Of a DNA stretch of 30,590 nt, positions 18,612 through 25,775 are shown piece by piece. This DNA is from an archaeon (GTDB taxonomy: Archaea; Asgardarchaeota; Thorarchaeia; Thorarchaeales; Thorarchaeaceae), in contig JAJRZD010000003.1 in assembly GCA_024275415.1 (NCBI GenBank), forward strand, positions 1-30,590, written 5' to 3'. Within the stretch, counting starts at the first letter, position 1. Every line of letters begins with the position of its first letter. The notes beneath the pieces are model-generated. The model was not told the origin of the DNA, did no database searches, and saw nothing but the letters and a program-made list of their open reading frames with translations. The translations under genes were made by a program, and so were the position numbers.

Positions 18612-18856
18612 CATTCATACTTGATTAAATGGGCCTGTTCGTGACGATATACCGTTTTTGTGAAACAGGTTCGAACTCGAGTAGTAAGATAACTGGCATT
18701 ATACGTAAGATCAGAACCTTCTTGAATAGATACAATGAGAACGGATGATGACATGTTTGGATTATCATACTACTGCAATAAATGGAGGTTATTGCAATAA
18801 ATCATTCATCTACACGAATCTCAATGTGTAAGGTAACAAAACATTTGAAACAAGTG

Positions 18857-19769
18857 GGAGTCACAGGAGATCATCACATGTAAATGCGATCAGAATAATG
18901 ATCTCCATGACTCGTCGAGAACGAATTGTGAAGTATTCTCTTAAGAGATCTGTGACTACCGCCTCCATGGTCTTCAGTCTTTCGAGATTCTCCGTCTATC
19001 CTTGGCGCAAGGCATACTCCGAAGGAGGGCAAGAGGGCCTGCGACCCAGGTTCACCGCACCTCACAGTCCAAGAACCGTCCTCACCGACGAGCTCCTACA
19101 CAGGATCCTTGCACACAGGAAACTGGGGTATGGTTCTTTGAAGACCAAGGCTCTGTCGAGGAGGGAAGGTATCAATGTTTTTCACATGACGGTCTACTGT
19201 TTCCTGAACGGCAGCGGTTTCGTGAGATCCCAGAAACAGAGGAGGAAACACAACAGGGCATGGCCATGGAAGAGGCGGAACGAGCTGTGGCAGCTGGACT
19301 TCAAGGGCCCCTACCAGAGGAGTGGTAGGATCCTGTGGAGGTCGGACATAGTGGACGATGCGAGCGGGTTGTTGGTCGCAAGTGTGGAGTGTGAGAGTGC
19401 CAGTTCCAAGGTGATCCTGGACACCATGAGGGCTGCGGTGAAGAGGTACGGGATGCCCCTTCAGGCACTGGCAGACAAAGGTGCGGTGTCTGTGAGAGGA
19501 GGGGTGTGTGCTTTCCACAGGTGGTGCATAGAGGACAGGGTACAACATATCCGGGTCAGGAGAAACCAGACCCCGAGGAAGGTGGAGCGGATTCACCGGA
19601 CGATACAGGAGGAGCGCGAGCGGATGGGGAAGGGACTGGACGAATATCACAACAGGGAACGTCCTCACTCGCCCCTGGGATACAAGCCACTCTGGGATCT
19701 GTACGACACTCCAAGGAGGTATGGAGCACCATGTTAAAAAGGAGGCTGTCCTACATCTCCTGTGATTCC
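18857..19769 (+). mobile_element. IS481-family insertion sequence (probably decayed)
   Basis: Transposase ORF flanked by a 15-bp inverted repeat with 14/15 identity (ggagtcacaggagat 18857-18871; atctcctgtgattcc 19755-19769). GC-richer than its neighbours. Exact ends are uncertain. Confidence 0.65.
18898..19737 (+). CDS. IS481-family DDE transposase (HTH + rve integrase core)
   Basis: ELWQLDFKGP (D1), IVDDASG, LADKG (D2), KVERIHRTIQEE (E), YH...RPHS.LGYK. Confidence 0.85.
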   Translation: MISMTRRERIVKYSLKRSVTTASMVFSLSRFSVYPWRKAYSEGGQEGLRPRFTAPHSPRTVLTDELLHRILAHRKLGYGSLKTKALSRREGINVFHMTVYCFLNGSGFVRSQKQRRKHNRAWPWKRRNELWQLDFKGPYQRSGRILWRSDIVDDASGLLVASVECESASSKVILDTMRAAVKRYGMPLQALADKGAVSVRGGVCAFHRWCIEDRVQHIRVRRNQTPRKVERIHRTIQEERERMGKGLDEYHNRERPHSPLGYKPLWDLYDTPRRYGAPC

Positions 19770-19870
19770 TCAAACAGGAAAACAGAAGAGAAAAACTAAA
19801 ATCCACAATGTGGGACACTACTGTATCACTAGTAGGGTGACAAGGATAAAGAGGTAGGATAGTAGGTTCA

Positions 19871-21766
19871 ATGGCACTTGGTGGAAATGAAAAAGAATAT
19901 GCTGAATCAATGGAATATTGGAAGAAACAAAGTCAAGGTGCCCAAAAGATAATTCTAAGATCTCTTGCAGAAAATGAGTGGCAAATTGACGAAATAATAC
20001 CAAGATGGGGAGATTGGTTGGAACATGTGCCTTTGAGCTTTCTTAAAATGGAGCATAAGCGTCTAGAGTTAACACCAAAATGCACTGAGGAACACCTTGA
20101 AGAAGAAATTGATGCTACACCGCTGAAAAACACCCTAGAGAAGTTGAGCGAACAATGTGCAATAGGTGAAGCATTCGCCGAGCTTGTTGATAACATATTT
20201 GATAATTTTGAGAGAAAAGGAAAACCATCAGGTCAAGAATCAATACAGATAACGTTCTATTTCAGTTCGGACAATGAAGATGGTTTTAGTGAGATTATTC
20301 TTAAAGAGAACAGTGGAGGAGTAGCACGTGAAGAGCTAATCCCGCTTGTACGACTAGGGGATTCTGCTGTCGCCGAGTCCACATCAATTGGTGCATGGGG
20401 ACAGGGATCTAAGATTGCTTGCTTTGTAATTGCTGATAGCATCGACATTTTCACTTATCATTCAGGTGATACACCAATATGTATAAGATTCCCTAATGGA
20501 TGGTTGAAGAAGAGTAGTCCATATTACAGAACATGGGATGTTAAGGTCTATCGTGCAGAGGATATGGAAGAAGGAACAACCATTTTCAAGTTTCAGAATT
20601 TAAAAACGAGAGCGCAAAAAGCAGACCTGGATGAAATAGCAAGGTATCTAGGAAGAATATACTCCTTTAGACTCGAATCTTATGCTGAAGAGGGTATTGA
20701 TGTCAAAGTTACTTTGGAGGACTTGCTTGGAGATAGAGTGATACAGATAACCCCTTCTTTTACTTTGAAGACTCTTGAAGAAAGACACGAGTTTTTGTGG
20801 ATGCCAGATTATTCTCCTGTTCAGATTGAACATTCGCTCCGGAGTTCAGATCAATATGGTCGAGAAATCGAGGTAGATCTAATCATGGTTGTTGGCATTC
20901 TGCGGCATGGAAGCAGGGATTTGGGTGGTGTATACATGTATGGCAATGATAGATTGTTTACTCCAAATCCAATCCAAGACGGCATAATTGGCATAGGAGT
21001 GCAAGTTCCTGGAAAACGAAGTCGCATAAGAAAATATGGGCCTCCATTATACCGTCTAGTAGCATTATTATTCTTTAAATGCAAACCGGGACAAGCCGAA
21101 TTCATACCATGGGCCGCACCATTGAAGAACCGATATAATCCTAATAATATCTTCCATGATGAGATATTGAATATCGTATATCATGTTATTTTTCCATATA
21201 GTCAAATTTGCGAAGGAGTCATTGAAACGCAACTTGACTTCTTTTCAAGCAAGTGGCTCTCGATGGATGCTAGTGCCCGATTGGAAAAACTAAGAAGATA
21301 TTTCCAGGAGGTTGAAGATGATTTCCTTAGGAGTGTCGCAGAAACTCACTCCTTTGACAATGATTTGGATCAAATTCCGCACTATGGCTTTGAATCAATA
21401 AAGGCCAGTACCAACCTACCTTTTGGATTAAACAAAGCAAGCAAGATAAAGGATTTTCTCAAGAAAGTTAATGATAATAGTTTTGATCTAGAACCAAAGG
21501 ATTTTCTGATTGGATTCTTCTCAAAATCTATAAACGAGGTTTTTGAATCCACAAATTTCGGTTTGACTGAGGCTCCAGATCCTGCCCACCTGAATTATGA
21601 CTTCATAGCGAAGCGTGTAACTGAAGCGAGCGCTGTTTTTGAAACTGCAACGCTAAGTCTTAGTATTGACAATAAAGAGAAGCTCCTTAAGAAACTTGGG
21701 CTTCCAGATGATACATCAGCAACAGAAATAGCGAAGGTACTCATATCAAAAGAACTGGGAGAGTAA
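19871..21766 (+). CDS. MORC-like GHKL (HATPase_c) ATPase with S5-fold domain
   Basis: GHKL motif I AFAELVDNIFD, motif II ENSGGV, motif III IGAWGQGSKIA, motif IV GTT, and the S5-like GVYMYGNDRLF. About 80-aa N-terminal extension. Confidence 0.8.
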   Translation: MALGGNEKEYAESMEYWKKQSQGAQKIILRSLAENEWQIDEIIPRWGDWLEHVPLSFLKMEHKRLELTPKCTEEHLEEEIDATPLKNTLEKLSEQCAIGEAFAELVDNIFDNFERKGKPSGQESIQITFYFSSDNEDGFSEIILKENSGGVAREELIPLVRLGDSAVAESTSIGAWGQGSKIACFVIADSIDIFTYHSGDTPICIRFPNGWLKKSSPYYRTWDVKVYRAEDMEEGTTIFKFQNLKTRAQKADLDEIARYLGRIYSFRLESYAEEGIDVKVTLEDLLGDRVIQITPSFTLKTLEERHEFLWMPDYSPVQIEHSLRSSDQYGREIEVDLIMVVGILRHGSRDLGGVYMYGNDRLFTPNPIQDGIIGIGVQVPGKRSRIRKYGPPLYRLVALLFFKCKPGQAEFIPWAAPLKNRYNPNNIFHDEILNIVYHVIFPYSQICEGVIETQLDFFSSKWLSMDASARLEKLRRYFQEVEDDFLRSVAETHSFDNDLDQIPHYGFESIKASTNLPFGLNKASKIKDFLKKVNDNSFDLEPKDFLIGFFSKSINEVFESTNFGLTEAPDPAHLNYDFIAKRVTEASAVFETATLSLSIDNKEKLLKKLGLPDDTSATEIAKVLISKELGE

Positions 21767-21772
21767 GGCTCA

Positions 21773-22273
21773 TTGCGCCTTAGAACTATTTCTGGGAATG
21801 AAATGATATCGCAAGTCTACAAATCGTTTTCTGCATTAAGGGGTCATCCTTGGTTGAAAACAGAAAGTGACATCAAGTGTGCGCTCTACACAGCATTATA
21901 TAACCGCCTATGTGCCAGAATTGGGAACCTGTCTAGTTGTGAATGGAACATCATAACAGAATATCCGATTTCAAATAGTGCATTCATTGACTTCGCTTTA
22001 TTTAGAAATGAAAATCTATTCTTGCTAATCGAATTGAAATATATAAAGAAAATTAATGAAAAAGAAATACAACGAGTCGAAGATGATTTTCAGAAACGGC
22101 GGCAATATGTAATTGATAACTCGGTCAGATTTCTTCAATTGATCGTAAGCAAGGAAAACAGTCAGTTCAAAACCGAGCTTACAACAATAATGAAAGAACA
22201 TTTCCAAGGTCTGTATGCGCCCAAGCTTTCCAAGGTGGGTGCAGATATTTCTATTCTATATATTAATTACTGA
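21773..22273 (+). CDS. PD-(D/E)XK-family nuclease
   Basis: TESDIK helix, ITEYP, FIDFAL, LIELK motifs. Starts 6 nt after the GHKL stop (TTG; alternative ATG ~21802). Confidence 0.7.
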   Translation: MRLRTISGNEMISQVYKSFSALRGHPWLKTESDIKCALYTALYNRLCARIGNLSSCEWNIITEYPISNSAFIDFALFRNENLFLLIELKYIKKINEKEIQRVEDDFQKRRQYVIDNSVRFLQLIVSKENSQFKTELTTIMKEHFQGLYAPKLSKVGADISILYINY

Positions 22274-22488
22274 GGCTCTGTGGAAAAAGTCCATTATCCG
22301 ATATTTGAAGTGTTAATTTTCGAGTCAGATTCCTTCAGGGCGTCAGATTTTTCACATTATCCAAGGTTCGAATGTGATTTTTCATTTCTTCGCTCGACTT
22401 ATTCCACAGAGCCTACGATTTGGGTAAATTCCTATCATTCCCGGGAAAATCTAGCTAATTGAGGGTGTGTACCGCCTTGATTAACTGA

Positions 22489-22710
22489 CACTTTGATAAT
22501 TCCCATCGAATCGTCAGAAACATATTGCTCCCAAAGTCGAACACCGAGGACTGGAATACGAAATTCGAGGGAAATGTGGCGCGTGATGAAAAGAAACGGC
22601 AGGCGCTCGAGGATATGGGTTGGAAAGTATTCACCATCTGGGAATGCGAGGTGAAGGAAGACCCCCTCGGTGCTGCAATGAGAGTGAGGGCATATATTGA
22701 CCAGATGTGA
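22489..22710 (+). pseudogene. vsr: Very-short-patch repair endonuclease (Vsr) C-terminal remnant
   Basis: PKSNTEDWNTKFEGNVARDEKKRQALEDMGWKVFTIWECEVK matches the Vsr C-terminus. The frame is closed by TGA at 22486-22488 and no N-terminal catalytic half is visible. Confidence 0.75.
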
Positions 22711-23135
22711 TGTCAACACTACATCTGCAAGGAAGAGAAACCATCATTTGAACGCAAATCACATCACCTTATTCCAATTTAGAGCATAATATCAGTTTAA
22801 AGAAGCATGGAAAACACTGCAAGAATCATCGTACAGACTTTCTTCAGTTGTGATTCTAGGGAAAAGTCTTGAACAAATTCAAGAACACCGAGATAATGCC
22901 TCTTGTACCCAGTTACGCACAATCACGTCTGAATACAATGAAGGTGGGCAATATCGACTTCACAAATCATGCTGATAGTGACTCGGTCAATGAATACATT
23001 GGGCGATTGAATCTGAAATCCCCAGTCGTTATCAAACCGAATTGAGGATGTTCGGCTTTCTTTACGGAGGCAAGAGTCATCGACTGGGTACTTTCATTAA
23101 TTAAAGGGAGAAGCTGGTCGTCGAGTGAAGATTGC

Positions 23136-23486
23136 TTATCCACAACATCCGCTGCTCGTGTTGTCGCATCCAGAATCCGTCGCACATGCCTCATCTTCCG
23201 AACCGGCGCCCACATCCGAGTCCTTTGTCCTGGATAGCATCCGGGCAATCTGGTTCCAGATGCACCCGCAGCCGAAGTTCGTGACAGAGATAGCGTCGCC
23301 CAGACAGTTCTTAGCACAGGCAGTGCAGTTCGTGCAGTCCTCAGGACGAGCCATCATCGCAGCACCGCGCTCTGGCAGTTCCCAGACATTGAAAGGGCAC
23401 ACCTCTACGCACATCCCGCACCTGTTACATGCCGAGGGGTCGTAGATCACATCGGTCCGTTGTTCTTGAGTAACGACTGTCATCAT
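23136..23486 (-). CDS. hgcB: HgcB-like 2[4Fe-4S] ferredoxin with Cys-rich tail
   Basis: CNRCGMCVEVCP and CTNCTACAKNC cluster motifs, AISV..FGCGC (HgcB GVGC position), C-terminal GCCG. ATG lies 1 nt after the hgcA-like stop. Confidence 0.75.
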   Translation of the reverse strand: MMTVVTQEQRTDVIYDPSACNRCGMCVEVCPFNVWELPERGAAMMARPEDCTNCTACAKNCLGDAISVTNFGCGCIWNQIARMLSRTKDSDVGAGSEDEACATDSGCDNTSSGCCG

Positions 23487-23487
23487 A

Positions 23488-25212
23488 TCACCATCCGAAT
23501 AGGAACACAAGCACATTGAACGCGACGAGGAAGGCTGCTCCCAGTATCAGTGTCAGCAACATATAGGGATACTCTGCCCTTATGGATTTCGGGTCGCTCA
23601 CCGAGGTCATCCCTGCGAAGTCCATGGTCAGCGTGATTGAGAGGATGAACTGAACAGCCACCCAGTTGACCACCACTGTCCAAGGTGCGCCAAGGAATAG
23701 CAGGGTAAGCAGTGCCGCAGGAACCGTGAGCACAGCGAAGCCGGCCCCCCGTCTAAGGAACGAGTTCTCACGAGATGGGAGGATTGGGAATAATATGCCT
23801 AGGAGAAGGGCATTGGCAAGCAATGCGAACACGAACTGGAACAGCAAGAAGAGCAACGATATGCTTGGCTCAAAGGTCAATAGGAACAGGTCTTGGAGAA
23901 AGATGTAGAAGAACGAGTTCGCGGCAAGGAGTCCTACGAGTAGCACAGCCAGTGGTTTCCACAAGAGGACGGCGAACAGGAACGGGATGTGGGCGACCGT
24001 CATCTCCATCCGCTCTCGCAGGTTGAAGGTCACTGTGGACATTTCCCGAGGCTTCGGTCGCGGTTTGCCAAGCTGTAGCCATTGCGAAAGGTCTTTGATC
24101 CTGACCGGACCATACCGGACTCGAAAACCAGTCCTTTCCTTTATCTCTCGCGGATCCATCCCCGCAGCTGAAAGCTGTGGCAGTATCAACTCGCGGTGAT
24201 TCACGACCTCATTCAGCCCAGTGAGCCTGATCATATGGACGAGGTCGTCGCTATCGAAGTGGGTGCCGCGTGCTGCACACCAGACATTGATGCCATCGGT
24301 ATCGCACACAAGCACCCATGCATCGACACCATCCCTTGCCAACGTACGCATGACAGTGTAGTAGGTCAGCTCATAATTGGCGGTCACTATGACCGGACTG
24401 TCAGCATCAGGCGCCCCAGCCCTGTACAGTCCCGGTTGGACAGTAATACCTCTCCAACTACCAGTAAGATGATTGTACCATATCCTACCTCTTGCTTTCA
24501 CACCATGAAAGGCACGCTCAGGGAATCGGTGTGGGTTGCTAGGCGCGTGTTCACCTTTCCTCCCGACGATGAAAGTTATCTCAGGACCGTACATCTCGCT
24601 CAGCTCGACCTCTAGTCCTGAACCACTGATGATTTGCTCCAGATTGACGACTGGCGGTGGAAGGCGCCTTCCAGACTCTTTTTCCGCCTTCCGTCGATTT
24701 CTCCAGAATATCCTTCTGTCAGACCGGCCCAGCGGGAGTGTTTCCGAGGCGACCGCAAATATGCCATCCTTCTTCAGGTGACTCCTTATGATGCGCATGA
24801 GCAGGTATCTCTCGGACGGTTTCAGCTCGGACAGAAGGAACGTACTCACGATGAGGTCGTACTTATCTTGCACATTGGTCGATTCGCTACCAGCCTTGTC
24901 CTGCTCCTCGCCTAATCGAAGGATGTCCTGATGGATGAAGTTTGGCAGGTCACCCCCTTCCGGATCCCGCGTCTTTGCGAATGCAATCATGTCCTTATCA
25001 GCGTCGATGGCATCGACAAGTGCACCTTTCTTCGATGCCTCAAGTGCGAATAGTCCGGGCCCGCAGCCGATATCCAACACCTTCATTCCGGGTGTCACAT
25101 AGTCGAGAATCCTCTCCCGAATCCTTGCTGCTCTTCCGCCGAGTACATGGTCAAATGAGTGATCGTATATTTCAGGCGTATCCTCAAGTGCGATCATGAA
25201 TGAAACAGCCAT
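23488..25212 (-). CDS. hgcA: Class I SAM-dependent methyltransferase fused to an HgcA-like corrinoid-binding membrane protein
   Basis: Residues ~1-220: VLDIGCGPG, IDAD..M, YDLIVSTFLLSEL. Then VQPGLY..G.PDADSPVIVTANY, DTDGINVWCAARG, LILPQLSAAG, GFRVRYGPVRI.DL, VTFNLRERM, 4-5 TM helices, and MDFAGMTSVSD..SIRAE (HgcA C-terminal motif position). Confidence 0.8.
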   Translation of the reverse strand: MAVSFMIALEDTPEIYDHSFDHVLGGRAARIRERILDYVTPGMKVLDIGCGPGLFALEASKKGALVDAIDADKDMIAFAKTRDPEGGDLPNFIHQDILRLGEEQDKAGSESTNVQDKYDLIVSTFLLSELKPSERYLLMRIIRSHLKKDGIFAVASETLPLGRSDRRIFWRNRRKAEKESGRRLPPPVVNLEQIISGSGLEVELSEMYGPEITFIVGRKGEHAPSNPHRFPERAFHGVKARGRIWYNHLTGSWRGITVQPGLYRAGAPDADSPVIVTANYELTYYTVMRTLARDGVDAWVLVCDTDGINVWCAARGTHFDSDDLVHMIRLTGLNEVVNHRELILPQLSAAGMDPREIKERTGFRVRYGPVRIKDLSQWLQLGKPRPKPREMSTVTFNLRERMEMTVAHIPFLFAVLLWKPLAVLLVGLLAANSFFYIFLQDLFLLTFEPSISLLFLLFQFVFALLANALLLGILFPILPSRENSFLRRGAGFAVLTVPAALLTLLFLGAPWTVVVNWVAVQFILSITLTMDFAGMTSVSDPKSIRAEYPYMLLTLILGAAFLVAFNVLVFLFGW

Positions 25213-25214
25213 AG

Positions 25215-25607
25215 TCAGTTCTCCACAAGTAAATCAATGAGATGAAGCAGTGAGTCCTTCCTCTTCTCAGAAAGGGTGTAATACGTCCACCTTCCACGAC
25301 GCTCGCCAACAATCCATCCTGCCTCCTTCAGTTTCCGAAGGTGGTGCGAGATCAATGGTTGCCGAGTTTCATTCAACGCGGCCTGGAACTCGCAGACACA
25401 TGCCTCGCCGATCATTAAAAGGAACAAGATGATGCCTGTGCGTATCCCTGCGGTGAATATGTCGCCACCAAGTGAGGTGAAAGAATCGCTGAACGACTGG
25501 ATGAGCTCACGACGCCTCTCATAAGGCACACAGCAAGGGGCCTTCTCAGGGGATTCCTTACAGAACCTATGAAGATTCTCAAGACGTTCGATATGCTCTT
25601 GGTTCAT
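25215..25607 (-). CDS. ArsR/SmtB-family metalloregulator
   Basis: GEACVCEF (alpha3 CxC), ISHHLRKLKEAG, ERRGRWTYY, plus an N-terminal C...CC. ATG 25607 preferred over GTG 25616; ends 2 nt before the hgcA-fusion ATG. Confidence 0.85.
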   Translation of the reverse strand: MNQEHIERLENLHRFCKESPEKAPCCVPYERRRELIQSFSDSFTSLGGDIFTAGIRTGIILFLLMIGEACVCEFQAALNETRQPLISHHLRKLKEAGWIVGERRGRWTYYTLSEKRKDSLLHLIDLLVEN

Positions 25608-25616
25608 GTGTGTCAC

Positions 25617-25636
25617 ATAAATCTAGTTTATATAAA
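25617..25636 (-). promoter_or_regulatory. Archaeal TATA box (tttatataaa, 25627-25636) with an overlapping imperfect palindrome, candidate ArsR operator
   Basis: The TATA lies about 20-29 nt upstream of ATG 25607, consistent with a leaderless transcript. Imperfect palindrome ataaatctagtttat at 25617-25631. Confidence 0.5.
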
Positions 25637-25775
25637 TTTAATGCATGTAACATTCGTCAGATAGTGAGGGGAGAAAAATTGAGAGGGGAATTCTGGAATT
25701 TCTATTTAATGTAGCAGAGAATATATCATTGGGCTTGAGGACGTAGTGGAATTGATGGGACTGATAGTTGTAACA

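Noticed and set aside
18443-18754. Minus-strand ORF with an HEQAH (HExxH) motif, possible metallopeptidase remnant
   Set aside because: More than half overlaps the pbeD-like gene antisense, there is an upstream in-frame stop, and no other family motifs are recognisable. Could be chance; a tBLASTn would settle it.
18774-18802. Short direct repeat tgcaataaat x2 and palindrome ttattgcaataa
   Set aside because: Too short in AT-rich sequence to support as an operator or target duplication.
22720-23130. Protein-like fragments downstream of the vsr remnant
   Set aside because: Multiple stops and no recognisable motif; cannot be assigned.
23488-24500. Calling the corrinoid domain CdhD/CdhE of the Wood-Ljungdahl pathway
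   Set aside because: It has the NVWCA cap helix, a C-terminal TM bundle and an adjacent HgcB-like ferredoxin, and lacks the TIM-barrel and Fe-S domains of CdhE.
24552-25212. Calling the fused methyltransferase ArsM
   Set aside because: The only Cys in the domain is in the GCG SAM-binding motif; the As-binding cysteines of ArsM are absent.
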